This document shows positions 17,517 through 28,196 of a DNA stretch of 64,000 nt, in pieces. The stretch covers positions 388,631-452,630 of the forward strand of contig OY970378.1 of assembly GCA_963718875.1 (NCBI GenBank), read 5' to 3'. Position 1 is the first letter of the stretch, and each line of letters opens with the position of its first letter. The notes under the pieces were generated by a model. The model made no database searches. It was not told the DNA's origin and worked only from the letters and a program-made list of their open reading frames with translations. This DNA comes from Candidatus Parcubacteria bacterium (GTDB taxonomy: Bacteria > Patescibacteriota > Saccharimonadia > UBA4664 > JBIOIQ01). The translations under genes were made by a program, and so were the position numbers.

Positions 17517-19835
17517 ATGAAAGTATTAGCGAGTTGGTTAAATGAATATTTGTCAACAAAAGTTGACGCAAAAACGGCTGCCGAACGCTTGACAGCGGCT
17601 GGCATAGAGATTGAACAAATAATTGGTTCAATAAAGCTGGATAGAAAAATTGTTGTGGCGCAAGTTAATAAAGTTATTCAGCATCCAAACGCAGACCGTC
17701 TTAAAGTGGTTGAAGTTGATATGGGTACTGGAGTTGTTCAGGTTGTATGTGGTGGGCCAAATGTTGCTAGCCGCCAAAATGTAGCTTTGGCGTTGCCTGG
17801 GGCAAAACTTCCGGATGGCAAAATTATTGAAAAAGCGCTTATACGAGGCGAAAACTCAGAAGGAATGATATGCAGTGCTTTTGAACTCGGCTTAGGAGAT
17901 GATCATGAAGGCATTATGGTGCTTGATTCTGGATTGACACTTGGCGCAACATTGTGCGACATAGTGGATTTTGGCGATATCTTAGACTTGACTACGGCTG
18001 CTAATAGATCAGACCTACTTTGTACAGTAGGGTTGGCTCGAGAAGTGGCTGCTCAAGGCGGGGAAGTTGCATTAGAGCCAATAATTGAGGCCAAGGAATT
18101 TAAGGTTAATGAGGGAATGATCGGTGAGCTAGACGGAGGTCAGGTTAAAAAATATGTACTTACTCATGTCAAATTAAACAAAAACGGGGATAGTCCGCAA
18201 TGGATGCAGCAGCGGTTGCGGGCTGCGGGACTGCGTCCTATAAATACTGTTGTAGATATTACCAACTACGTTATGTTGGAGCTGGGTCAACCGTTGCATG
18301 CGTTTGATAGTAGGAAAGTAACATTGCCAATAAGTGCTCACTCCCCTGGCGAAAACACCAACCTGACTATTTTAGACGGCTCTATACGCGGACTCTCCCC
18401 TAACGATCTTGTAATTTTTGACAAAAATGGTCCTATAGCTTTGGCCGGTCTTATGGGGGGCAAACTTAGTGAAATAACTTCAACAACTAAGGAAATTTAT
18501 CTTGAATCGGCTTGTTTTGACGGGACTAAGGTGCGAAAAATGGCGGTTCGTCAAGGGTTACGGACTGATGCCAGTTCCCGCTTTGAACGTAATCTGCCTC
18601 TCCCCCTTGTAGCTCTTGGTATGAGGCGTGCAATTGAATTGTTAGAAGAATTATGTGATGCCCAGATTACGGCAATTTCCAGTGTTGAGCCCCCCCTATC
18701 CCCGGCTGGGACACTGGAGGTTTCTTTGGATCGAATTAACGCCCGACTGGGCATTAATGTGACCCAACAACAAGCTGTTTTGGCATTATCAAACTTAGGG
18801 TTTGAAATAAATGGTAGCGACCAAAGGTTTAACCTCTCTATCCCCTGGTGGCGAACCGATGTTTTGGATGAGGCAGATATTGTGGAAGAGCTAGGTAGAA
18901 GCATTGGCTATGATGCCCTACCCCCCACACTTCCTACCTGGACACCTACAAAGGTAGACTTTGATGAGTATTGGCCAAAACTTTGGCGGCTTAAGGCGCT
19001 TTTGCGTGGTTTGGGCTTGGACGAAGTAGTTACCTACTCTTTTGTAAGCGAGAAACAGTTGGATGACTTTAATCATGATAAGCAAAGCCATTTAAAGCTT
19101 AAGAACCCCCTTTCGGTAGAGCAAGCTTACTTACGTAGCAGTTTGGCGCCCAGTTTGGTGGCAACAGTAGCGCGTAATGCTCGGAACTTCCCTAGCTTTG
19201 GTATATATGAGATTTCTAAAGTATATTTAGCGACAGATGATCATACGCAACAGCCGGCTGAGCCAATGCGTTTGGGTGTAGCGTGGCGAATTGATAACCC
19301 GTATGCAAAGGTAAAGAGCGTAGTAGATACTTTATCTCGTGATTTTGCACAGTTTAAGGTTAAGCCGAATGAAAACTCTATTTTCACGCATGGTAAAAGT
19401 GCACAAATCTTGTTGGATAATCAGCCAATTGGCTGGATTGGTGAAATTAACAAGGCCATTTTGAAAAGCAATAAAATTACTAGTGATGTAGGCTATCTGG
19501 AAATTGACTTGATGCCGTGGCTGACACAGCCAAATAGTAAAAAAGCTACCCCAATAAGTCGCTTCCCTGCTATTACCCGAGACTTATCGATTATTGTGAG
19601 TTCTGACAAGCTATGGAGTGACATTAATGAAATTGTGCAAAATGCCAACGTAGGAAAAGTTGAATACTTAAATGAGTATTATGGTTTGGATTTGGAGAAA
19701 GGTACAAAAAGTGTGTCTATGCGGTTAACCTTTAGTTCTCTAGAGCGGACCTTGGCAGATGGGGAGGCCGATGCGGCGACTGTGAAGGCGATGGACGCAT
19801 TATCGCAAGAACTTGGGGCAATTCAGAGGGGTTAA
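17517..19835 (+). CDS. pheT: Phenylalanyl-tRNA synthetase beta subunit
   Basis: HPNADRL, SEGMICS, VDITNYVMLELGQPLHAFD, FPAITRDLS. Confidence 0.97.
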   Translation: MKVLASWLNEYLSTKVDAKTAAERLTAAGIEIEQIIGSIKLDRKIVVAQVNKVIQHPNADRLKVVEVDMGTGVVQVVCGGPNVASRQNVALALPGAKLPDGKIIEKALIRGENSEGMICSAFELGLGDDHEGIMVLDSGLTLGATLCDIVDFGDILDLTTAANRSDLLCTVGLAREVAAQGGEVALEPIIEAKEFKVNEGMIGELDGGQVKKYVLTHVKLNKNGDSPQWMQQRLRAAGLRPINTVVDITNYVMLELGQPLHAFDSRKVTLPISAHSPGENTNLTILDGSIRGLSPNDLVIFDKNGPIALAGLMGGKLSEITSTTKEIYLESACFDGTKVRKMAVRQGLRTDASSRFERNLPLPLVALGMRRAIELLEELCDAQITAISSVEPPLSPAGTLEVSLDRINARLGINVTQQQAVLALSNLGFEINGSDQRFNLSIPWWRTDVLDEADIVEELGRSIGYDALPPTLPTWTPTKVDFDEYWPKLWRLKALLRGLGLDEVVTYSFVSEKQLDDFNHDKQSHLKLKNPLSVEQAYLRSSLAPSLVATVARNARNFPSFGIYEISKVYLATDDHTQQPAEPMRLGVAWRIDNPYAKVKSVVDTLSRDFAQFKVKPNENSIFTHGKSAQILLDNQPIGWIGEINKAILKSNKITSDVGYLEIDLMPWLTQPNSKKATPISRFPAITRDLSIIVSSDKLWSDINEIVQNANVGKVEYLNEYYGLDLEKGTKSVSMRLTFSSLERTLADGEADAATVKAMDALSQELGAIQRG

Positions 19836-20007
19836 AGTAGGAATCAGGGATTAGTAGATAGGTTTACCTTTCTCCATTGCCCCCATCTATTGGTCCTTGA
19901 TCTTTTCATCTGATGTATAATGATACTACCCTGTAGCTAATCTGCTACACAAGATCTGCTGCGTTTTTTCGTCGGCTGACGGATGACGGGCGGGAGGGAG
20001 TACCCAA

Positions 20008-20649
20008 ATGACCACTACGCTTGTTGGCACCCCGGATCCTGAAGACCGAGGTGATGGCGACTCAGAGGAGAACGCAGTAAATCCCGTACCTCAACACGAG
20101 CGGATGCCTCGTAGACGGGATTCCAAGACATTCAGTTTTCGCGTGGCCGACTGTCATGGCTATGTAACTGTTGGGTTGTACGACGACGGTAGGCCCGGAG
20201 AGATTTTTCTTCGGCTCACTAAGCAAGGCACTACTTTGGCGGGAGTATTGGATGCCTTTGCGTCAGCCGTGAGTATTGGCTTGCAGTGCGGCATTTCACT
20301 GCGTGCATATGTACAAATGTACATAAACATGCGATTCGAGCCAGCGGGGATAACTGCTGATCCCGAGATTCGTTTCGCCAGCTCCGTAATTGATTATGTG
20401 TTTCGTCGGCTGGCACTGGAATATATGCCGTTCGATGAACGGGCACAGCTGGGTATTTTGACTACCACAGAAAGGTTGCATCCAGTATCAGATCAAGGTC
20501 CTTTGCCAGGGGAAGAGCCAGACGTGGACCAAGGCACTTCGCCACAATCGAAGGACGCCCCGTACTGCTACGTCTGTGGTGTAGTGATGCAGCGGGCGGG
20601 AGCCTGTTTCGTCTGCAGCAGCTGCGGTACCACTAGCGGCTGTTCGTAG
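20008..20649 (+). CDS. Stand-alone class II RNR (NrdJ) C-terminal TSCPD-like domain
   Basis: GYVTVGLYDDGRPGEIF, FEPAG...ASSVIDYVFRRL, C-terminal CYVCG...C..CSSCGTTSGCS. Confidence 0.8.
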   Translation: MTTTLVGTPDPEDRGDGDSEENAVNPVPQHERMPRRRDSKTFSFRVADCHGYVTVGLYDDGRPGEIFLRLTKQGTTLAGVLDAFASAVSIGLQCGISLRAYVQMYINMRFEPAGITADPEIRFASSVIDYVFRRLALEYMPFDERAQLGILTTTERLHPVSDQGPLPGEEPDVDQGTSPQSKDAPYCYVCGVVMQRAGACFVCSSCGTTSGCS

Positions 20650-20766
20650 TCGTACAAAACGTTCGATGGGTTGGCCCGGCTTCCTCTGGGGGATGCTCGG
20701 GTCGACCTAGATTTTTGTTGAAGCAACGGGTTGTCTACCCGTAACCATAAGTGGTATAATTTATTC

Positions 20767-21204
20767 ATGAATCCAACTCAACCAACACCGGCTCCATCAC
20801 CAGAGCTGCCAAAAGTACCTCAAGTAGAAAACATACCTAATAACCAACCTTCAGCTCCGGAACAACCTGCTGCGACAGAGGCAGCTCCGCAACCGGGACA
20901 GGCAGTGGTTATGCCTACATCTGTGGCGGCCGTACCTACTCCGCCTTCAGTCACGCCTGTTGTTCCACCTCTGGTGGCTACATCCCCGGCTGTTCCAGTT
21001 GTGCCGGGGCCTGCTATTGCCGATGACGTTGATGTGATTGAAAAAGAATGGGTCGACCAAGCCAATGCAATTATTGCGGCTACCAAGGAAGATCCTTACA
21101 AAGAAGAAGAAGCCATTGAGGACTTGCAGGTTGATTACATGAACAAGCGCTACGGTAAAGTGATTAAGAAAGACGAGCCAAAAGACAATGGACCACAAAC
21201 GTAA
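20767..21204 (+). CDS. Pro-rich hypothetical protein
   Basis: Low-complexity N-terminus, ordered C-terminal ADDVDVIEKEWV...DPY domain; leaderless promoter TGGTATAAT. Confidence 0.7.
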   Translation: MNPTQPTPAPSPELPKVPQVENIPNNQPSAPEQPAATEAAPQPGQAVVMPTSVAAVPTPPSVTPVVPPLVATSPAVPVVPGPAIADDVDVIEKEWVDQANAIIAATKEDPYKEEEAIEDLQVDYMNKRYGKVIKKDEPKDNGPQT

Positions 21205-21238
21205 ACACTATAGTGGTAAAAGCTAAAGACGGAGCTAT

Positions 21239-24200
21239 ATGGTTGCAGTAGTCCTAGTTATTTTAATATTGGCTATAGGTTTTGCGTGCGTTGCCTATGT
21301 GCTTTATCGGCGAACTTTACGCAGGGCAAAAAACATTGAGCGTGGCCTCAAAATGGTGCCTTTATTGATCCATTTGCCGCCTAGAAGTGCTGACACTGAG
21401 GCTGGTTCGCGGGACGTGCGTGAAGTGATGCGGGAAAAGGTGGCGCAAGCCGAGGTTTTGTATAATCTTATATCTGGTACAGCCACAACTGGATTTAAAA
21501 GCCGATTTTATGGTCAACGCCACGTTGCATTGGAAATTATAGCGACTGACGGAATGGTACATTTTTACGCGGCTGTACCGATAGCGTTGGTGCCGGTCAT
21601 CACTAACGCTATTCAAACTGCCTATGCAGGGGCAAAAATTGAAGAGGCCGAAGACCATAACATCTTTAACCCACACGGAAAGTTATCAAGTACTGCTGGC
21701 GGTGAACTGGTACTTAAGGCTAAGGCTGCCTACCCAATTGCAACAATTGAAAAACTGGAGCGGGATCCCATAGAAGCTCTTATAAATGCCTTGAGTAACT
21801 TAAAGCCTGGTGAAGGTGTCGGTATTCAGATTATGCTTCGCCCAGCCGCTAAGGGGTGGGAGAAAAAAAGCCTAGAGCTGGTTAAAAAAATGCGACATCA
21901 TGCTGGGGCGAAAGCTTCTTCTACCTATAGTACCCGTGATGTTTTAATGGCGGCGGTTAAAGCTCCTGAAGAGCGCCGCCAAGAAGTTGCAGCTAATTCT
22001 CCGCAAGCTCTATATATGAGCGACTTAGAACAGTCGGTCGTAAAAGCTATCGAAGAAAAAACTACTTTGGCTGCTTATGAAAGTTTGGTAAGAGTGTTGG
22101 TTTCGGCTAATAGCGCCCAAGAAGCGCAAAATTTACTACGTGAGGTAAGCTCTAGCTTCTCATTGCTGGATGCCCCTGGGCTTAACGGCTTTAAGTTTTT
22201 GCCTGCGAATGACATTGCCGGCTTGGTAACGGCTTTTATATTGCGTTTTTTCCCTCCAGAACTAAATCACACCATACTTAATAGTAAGGAACTGGCAACT
22301 TTGTTCCATTTGCCCGACGCCCAGTTTACGGCAAATTCGGAAGTTGAGCGACTGGCGAGCAAAGAGGTGGACGGACCGCCAGCTATTCCCTCCACTGGCC
22401 TATTGATGGGATATAACATTTTTCGAGGGACTAAAAAAGAAATTCATCTTTCGCCTGAGGACCGTCGCAGGCATACCTACATTGTAGGACAAACCGGTAC
22501 AGGTAAAAGTACTATCTTACAGAATTTGGCGGTTCAAGACATGCTGGCAGGCAATGGCTTTGCTTTTATTGACCCTCATGGTGATGAGGCAGAAAAAATG
22601 CTTTCAATGGTGCCCAAAAACCGCTCTGAAGATGTAATTTATTTTAATCCAGGGGATACCGATCATCCGTTAGGACTGAATTTATTTGAGTTTAGTGACC
22701 CGGCGCAGAAAGATTTTTTGATTCAAGAAACTATTAATATGCTTTATAAGCTGTACGATCCGAATGGAACGGGTGTTATTGGTCCTCGGTTTGAACAATG
22801 GTTTCGTAATGCCGCCCTTACACTGATGAGTGATCCAAATGGGGCTACTTTTATTGAAATTCCAAAAGTCTTTACTGATAACGATTATCTCAAGCAAAAG
22901 TTCAAATACATTCAAGACCCAACAGTTATGGAGTTTTGGACTAAAGAAATGGGCCAAACCAGCGACTACCATAAAAGTGAAATGTTGGGTTATTTTGTAA
23001 GTAAGTTTGGTGCGTTTCAGCAAAATGAAATTATGCGTAATATTATTGGCCAAACCAAAAGCGCATTTAACCTGCGTGACATTATGGATAACAAAAAAAT
23101 CCTAATTGTAAACTTGAGTAAGGGTAAATTGGGCGAGCTTAACTCGAGGTTGTTAGGTATGATGTTTGTAATTAAATTCCAGGCGGCGGCTATGAGTCGT
23201 GCAAATGTCCCTGAGGCTGACAGACCGGATTTTTGCTTATATGTAGACGAGTTCCAAAATTTTTCAACCGATTCATTTGCTTCAATTTTGAGTGAAGCTC
23301 GTAAATATCATTTGAACTTGATTGTGGCGAACCAGTTTATAGGGCAGCTCAGTGATGAAATTCGGGACGCAGTGTTTGGCAACGTTGGGACTATTATGAG
23401 CTACCGAACTGGCCCGGAAGATGCGGAGTTTTTAGTTAAGCAGTTTGCTCCTATTTTTGATGCTCACGATATGGTCAATATACCCAACCACAATGCCGTT
23501 ATCCGACTGATGATTAGCGGGTTACCTTCACAGCCCTTTAGCATAACAGCTTTACCGCCGCTGGGAGTCGAAAATCCAGAGCTGGGCGAAGCCATGAAAC
23601 AGTTGTCGAGGGCTAAGTTTGGTTCAAGTCGAGCGCAGGTGGAACAGGAGATATTTGCGCGATTGAGTAGTAAGCCAGTGCAATCTCCAATTGCGAGCCA
23701 AACACCTGTAGCTGGGTTAAATTCAGGCGTACCACAGCCAACTTCTATGCCTAATCCACAATCGCCAATGTCGGCACTGCCTGGTCCCAATAGAGCTTTG
23801 CCTGGGGCTGCAGTTGGTGGTATTAATCCTACGGTAGCACCGGTTTTGTCTGGCAGCTCTTCGTCTCCAGTACCTTCTACGTCTACAGCGATGCCTGCAC
23901 AACCAAGAGTAGCTTCCGCTTCGGTCTTAAAACCGCTGGATAGCCAGCCTATAGTAGACACCCAGGCTCCTGGAGCAAATCCCAATAATGTTGCCACAAC
24001 TAACCCTACAGCTATAAGTCTGTTAACTCCAGCTTCGGTAGTAGGCGCGCCGCCTGCATCTTTGGTTTCTGTGGCGCCACCTAACGATAAAATAGATAAA
24101 AGCCAAGCTCAGGGGCAACCTCCTTCAAGTCAGGTAGCTCCGGTAGTTTCGCTGCACCATGATGCCGTTCCGCCAGCGCCGGCATCTATTCCGGCAAGTC

Positions 24201-25726
24201 CCAGCACCTTAAACACAGGTTACAGTTTTCAAAAGTCTGCTAGCCCGGTCGCTCAGCCAAACCAGCCCTTACCTTCTCCAGATGTTTCTACATCTGCACC
24301 TAATCAATTTGAAAAACCACAGTTGGTTCCTATCCCAATAGCTCGCGCTCAGTCCGAAAAAACAATCGCGCCTAGATTAGACCCTGTACAGGATATTCCT
24401 GGCGAAGGTAGTTTAAATGAGTCAGTCATTAAGCCGCCAACTCCAGTATTGAATTCGGCTCTTACGCCCGCCCGAGAAGTTCAATCACTGCCTTTTAATG
24501 CCACTACTGCTGATGCGGCAATCCCAGTTCGTCCAGCTGTTGTAGCTGCTCCTGCGACACATTCGAGTATGGCTAACCAACCAATTTCGCATTTGGCTAC
24601 CACACCCACACCCACACCCACACCCACACCCACACCCACACCCACACCCACACCCACACCCACACCCACACCCACACCCACACCCACACCCACACCCACA
24701 CCCACACCCACACCCACACCCACACCCACACCCACACCCACACCCACACCCACACCCACACCCACACCCACACCCACACCCACTATTGATAAACCGAAAA
24801 ATGAGCCAGCTTTAGATTTAGAAAAATATCAAATTACAATTGCACCTGCTTTTCAGCAGTTGAGAGATAAACCTTTTGAGGCGCAAAATTCGGGGGCAAT
24901 GATTGCTTCTGAGTTATCATCAAATCCGATGTCGATGCCTTTGCCAGTAGCCGATAAACCTCAGTTTCATGGGGAGCAAGTTGTGGCGGAAAAGCCGCAA
25001 GATAAGATTATAGATTCTGTAGCGTCTCAAAGCAGCCATGACGATGTAAATAATGTTTTTGCTGCTCAAACTTCTTTAGAAAAGTCAGATCAGATGGGCT
25101 CAGCGATAGCCGAACCTGGTCCAGGCCAGGAAGCTCTTATTCCGCCGCCGCAATCCAGTGAAAAAAAATCAACTTTGTCCGAGTCTGATACTGTTGATCA
25201 CCACGAATCTGTGATCAAACACGATCCCAAAGGACGGTTGATTGTTACGCCTAGGCCCGCAGTAGAATGGTTGCCTGAGGAGAAAACCGATAGCCTTCCG
25301 CCGCCCGCTAAGGAGCCATACAAACCGGCATTGGAGGCTTTGGCAGCTTTGGACAAACAAAAGGCTTTAGAGGCAGCGGCAGCCAAGGCTAGAGCCGATG
25401 CGGAAGTTAAATTAGAAGCCGAGGTCAAGCGACCCACGACTATTAAAGCAAATCTTAAAAAAGTTAAAGCTGAAGCTAAGCCTATGGGTAAGGCTATTGA
25501 CTCAGCTAAGGCAGAAAAAATTATTAAGCCTATCCGTTCAGGTGCTACGCGTCACAATCCACCAACTCCCACAATTATTCTACCCAGTAAAAATCCAGAT
25601 ACAGTAACGCCCCAGGTTGGGTTGTCAACTGTAAATCAGCCACCTACTCCAGTAATAGAAAAACCATCGGTATTGGCTCCAGGAGAAATATATGTGGACG
25701 AAAAGGGCAACGTAGTTACGGGCTAA
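21239..25726 (+). CDS. VirD4/TraG-like type IV secretion coupling ATPase with long Pro-rich tail
   Basis: N-terminal TM, RHTYIVGQTGTGKS, IDPHGD, LYVDEFQNF, LSEARKY, ANQFIGQL. Confidence 0.88.
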   Translation: MVAVVLVILILAIGFACVAYVLYRRTLRRAKNIERGLKMVPLLIHLPPRSADTEAGSRDVREVMREKVAQAEVLYNLISGTATTGFKSRFYGQRHVALEIIATDGMVHFYAAVPIALVPVITNAIQTAYAGAKIEEAEDHNIFNPHGKLSSTAGGELVLKAKAAYPIATIEKLERDPIEALINALSNLKPGEGVGIQIMLRPAAKGWEKKSLELVKKMRHHAGAKASSTYSTRDVLMAAVKAPEERRQEVAANSPQALYMSDLEQSVVKAIEEKTTLAAYESLVRVLVSANSAQEAQNLLREVSSSFSLLDAPGLNGFKFLPANDIAGLVTAFILRFFPPELNHTILNSKELATLFHLPDAQFTANSEVERLASKEVDGPPAIPSTGLLMGYNIFRGTKKEIHLSPEDRRRHTYIVGQTGTGKSTILQNLAVQDMLAGNGFAFIDPHGDEAEKMLSMVPKNRSEDVIYFNPGDTDHPLGLNLFEFSDPAQKDFLIQETINMLYKLYDPNGTGVIGPRFEQWFRNAALTLMSDPNGATFIEIPKVFTDNDYLKQKFKYIQDPTVMEFWTKEMGQTSDYHKSEMLGYFVSKFGAFQQNEIMRNIIGQTKSAFNLRDIMDNKKILIVNLSKGKLGELNSRLLGMMFVIKFQAAAMSRANVPEADRPDFCLYVDEFQNFSTDSFASILSEARKYHLNLIVANQFIGQLSDEIRDAVFGNVGTIMSYRTGPEDAEFLVKQFAPIFDAHDMVNIPNHNAVIRLMISGLPSQPFSITALPPLGVENPELGEAMKQLSRAKFGSSRAQVEQEIFARLSSKPVQSPIASQTPVAGLNSGVPQPTSMPNPQSPMSALPGPNRALPGAAVGGINPTVAPVLSGSSSSPVPSTSTAMPAQPRVASASVLKPLDSQPIVDTQAPGANPNNVATTNPTAISLLTPASVVGAPPASLVSVAPPNDKIDKSQAQGQPPSSQVAPVVSLHHDAVPPAPASIPASPSTLNTGYSFQKSASPVAQPNQPLPSPDVSTSAPNQFEKPQLVPIPIARAQSEKTIAPRLDPVQDIPGEGSLNESVIKPPTPVLNSALTPAREVQSLPFNATTADAAIPVRPAVVAAPATHSSMANQPISHLATTPTPTPTPTPTPTPTPTPTPTPTPTPTPTPTPTPTPTPTPTPTPTPTPTPTPTPTPTPTPTIDKPKNEPALDLEKYQITIAPAFQQLRDKPFEAQNSGAMIASELSSNPMSMPLPVADKPQFHGEQVVAEKPQDKIIDSVASQSSHDDVNNVFAAQTSLEKSDQMGSAIAEPGPGQEALIPPPQSSEKKSTLSESDTVDHHESVIKHDPKGRLIVTPRPAVEWLPEEKTDSLPPPAKEPYKPALEALAALDKQKALEAAAAKARADAEVKLEAEVKRPTTIKANLKKVKAEAKPMGKAIDSAKAEKIIKPIRSGATRHNPPTPTIILPSKNPDTVTPQVGLSTVNQPPTPVIEKPSVLAPGEIYVDEKGNVVTG
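24605..24784 (+). repeat. (CCCACA)x29 plus 1 variant microsatellite encoding (PT)30
   Basis: Perfect hexamer run read directly. Confidence 0.97.
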
Positions 25727-25791
25727 GCAAATAATGCTTATATATGTGCTAATATTTGAGCTTTTTGGGGGTATTGCTAGGTACGTGTTTT

Positions 25792-26337
25792 TTAGCGTTT
25801 AGGCTTAATAATTTTAGCTAATCCTTCGATAATAAGACCAAGGACTCCTCCGACTACTAGTGACAGAATAAATTCTGAGCCAGACAAGCTAAATCCGCCG
25901 ACTCTAGCTGTTACGTATAAAAATCCACCTAGTAGTGCGGCGGTGGTGGTGGCTCCGAGCAAAACCGAGGGTCTTGCAACCGTAGCACCGGCTATCTCGC
26001 TAGTTTTTTCGACGGTCGGACTATGAATTACTTTACTAAACTGGCGACTGGCTGGCGATAGGTGTCGCTGAAGGCTTCGAAGCGTATCAACGTATGCTAC
26101 TTCTTTGTCTAGACGCGTAGGTTTGTTGGTGACTATAGTGTCTTTTTCAGCCGCTGATGCCTGTGGTTCCGGTTGTTGTTCTAGTTTTAAACGGGCTGCT
26201 TCCAGTTGCTCGAACCGTTCATTTCGGCCTTCTTCTAGTTGTTCTGGGCTAAGCTCGCGACGTTCAGGCCCCTGAAGCTGTTCGTTGCCTTCAGGAGTTT
26301 TAGCTAATTCTGGGTTTTTAGATTCGTATTCTGGCAT
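25792..26337 (-). CDS. Hypothetical protein with two C-terminal TM helices
   Basis: Charged N-terminus, FSKVIHSP, hydrophobic C-terminus. Confidence 0.75.
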   Translation of the reverse strand: MPEYESKNPELAKTPEGNEQLQGPERRELSPEQLEEGRNERFEQLEAARLKLEQQPEPQASAAEKDTIVTNKPTRLDKEVAYVDTLRSLQRHLSPASRQFSKVIHSPTVEKTSEIAGATVARPSVLLGATTTAALLGGFLYVTARVGGFSLSGSEFILSLVVGGVLGLIIEGLAKIIKPKR

Positions 26338-26345
26338 TGGTACCT

Positions 26346-28097
26346 TTATATCCCTGGGTTATGTTCAACTCGAAGAATCTTAACCTCTTTGCTTAATTGA
26401 CGGTTTCGTAAGTAAAAGTAAACGATGAGGCTAAATGAGGCTAACATTATTGTAGCACTGGTAGTGGCTCCGGTCTCAGGTAAAGTTTGGGCGGCTGCCT
26501 CAAGTTGTTTTATAGGCGGTGCGGCCACTGGGATAATAACTGTATTTCCGTAAACATTATTCATTTGTAAATCAAACGAAAAAATATCGGATGTTGATCG
26601 AGCTGTGGTTGGAACTGGATTTTTAATTTTAATTTGAAATACATTCGTAGTGCCGCTGCCGGGTGAGATGTTAACGGCAGGCCAGACTAGGGTTCGATTA
26701 ACCATGGTTGCACCACCTAGGTTAACGACTTCGGCGTATTCTAATATATCGGTGATGTTCTCACTAAGTTGGTAGGCATTTTGAATCCCTGCGCCGCTAT
26801 TGGTGGTTCTAAGGGTGTATTCGATAATGTCTCCAGCGCCGGCTTTAATATTGGGGTTGTTGGCATCAAGCATGTTTCCGTCTTTCCCGTCGCGTTGGAT
26901 GTAGGCAGCGGATTTAAATTGGTTAATATGAGGAAGTTGAGGGGTTGTAGCGGGAGTCGGAGTAGGAACGGGGACTGGAGTTGGTACCGGCACAGGAGTA
27001 GGTACGGGCGTAGGGACTGGTACGGGGGTAGGTACAGGAACTGGTGTAGGTACAGGAGTAGGCACTGGTGTTGGTGCAGTTGGGGTGACTGGTGAAGGAT
27101 TAGGCAGTATGGCCACACCGCATTTGAATTGTCCTGAGGTCGAGCCGTTTGAATAGGCAGTAATCTCAGGGTTGTTGGCGTCACCGTCTATTCCGCCACC
27201 GTTGCCTGCAGTGTCAACGCCTCTGGCATAGATGTAGAACCGATGGGTTTTGCCGTCACGGTATTTTGCCGGAATCTGCCAACTAAAGCCGTGATTGCCG
27301 GATATACCAAAGGTTTTATTAACATCTGGTCTTGATATGTTGGTAGCTCCATAGTCGTATGCATCGGTTGTTGGTATTTGACGCGAAGCTGAAGCTGGGG
27401 AGTCTACATATATATGAATACCAATGGCAGTAGTAGGGCTGTCGGAGTCGTAGGCCCATCCGGGGACGTTAAAACAATCCCAGGGATCAATGGTTCCTAA
27501 TGGTATTTTTTGAGATGGTGGAGGGGGTGGTGGAGGAGGGGAGGTTTGTGTGGGCAGGTTTTCAACAGCAATATTGCCACATGACATTAGTATGGCAAAA
27601 TAAGTTCCTTGGCTATTACGTCCTTCAATAACTCGAGCGTTGGTAGTTACTGCTACCGATCCGAGAGTACGGGCGTAGTAGGTATAGCTACCGACGTTAA
27701 TTACTTGGTCGGTTGAATCATACCGTTCGCGACCGATGGAAATTAGGCTGCTACCTTGGGCGGGAATATATTTTGGCTCGCTAGCATTACGAATGTCGTC
27801 ATCAGAGATGTGGTAATAATCGCGGTAAAGCGCTCGAAGCTCGGCACTGCCGTTGATGCTTTGGATGAGGTCGTCTTTGTCGCTAATGCCTCCTTGAATA
27901 ATGTCATTTGGTGATGAGTTATTAGCGCCTACTGGAGGCACAGAAATGGCGAAAAATTGCATTAGGATGGCAAAAATACCAGTAATTAATGACAATCGCC
28001 TTGTAAGGTTCTCGCGACGCAAGCGCTTTGCGTAAAACGCCAGTTGACTAGTAATCTGAGGGCTGAAATTTAAATTTGAAACTAACTTTTTGAACAT
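26346..28097 (-). CDS. Secreted surface protein with DUF11-like domain and LPETG sorting signal
   Basis: TM/signal, CGN, PT/PV linker, GDIIEYTL..TN, LPETG plus TM plus basic tail. Confidence 0.75.
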   Translation of the reverse strand: MFKKLVSNLNFSPQITSQLAFYAKRLRRENLTRRLSLITGIFAILMQFFAISVPPVGANNSSPNDIIQGGISDKDDLIQSINGSAELRALYRDYYHISDDDIRNASEPKYIPAQGSSLISIGRERYDSTDQVINVGSYTYYARTLGSVAVTTNARVIEGRNSQGTYFAILMSCGNIAVENLPTQTSPPPPPPPPSQKIPLGTIDPWDCFNVPGWAYDSDSPTTAIGIHIYVDSPASASRQIPTTDAYDYGATNISRPDVNKTFGISGNHGFSWQIPAKYRDGKTHRFYIYARGVDTAGNGGGIDGDANNPEITAYSNGSTSGQFKCGVAILPNPSPVTPTAPTPVPTPVPTPVPVPTPVPVPTPVPTPVPVPTPVPVPTPTPATTPQLPHINQFKSAAYIQRDGKDGNMLDANNPNIKAGAGDIIEYTLRTTNSGAGIQNAYQLSENITDILEYAEVVNLGGATMVNRTLVWPAVNISPGSGTTNVFQIKIKNPVPTTARSTSDIFSFDLQMNNVYGNTVIIPVAAPPIKQLEAAAQTLPETGATTSATIMLASFSLIVYFYLRNRQLSKEVKILRVEHNPGI

Positions 28098-28196
28098 TTG
28101 TCTTTCAATCTTCTTATGTTTAATTAAAGCACAGGTGTACCCAATGTGCAAACGGGGGCGTAGTTTTAAAGGGCTAATGAACTATTAAGTCGTTGG

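Noticed and set aside
24481-24783. Minus-strand poly-GV and poly-WV ORFs
   Set aside because: Shadows of the CCCACA microsatellite
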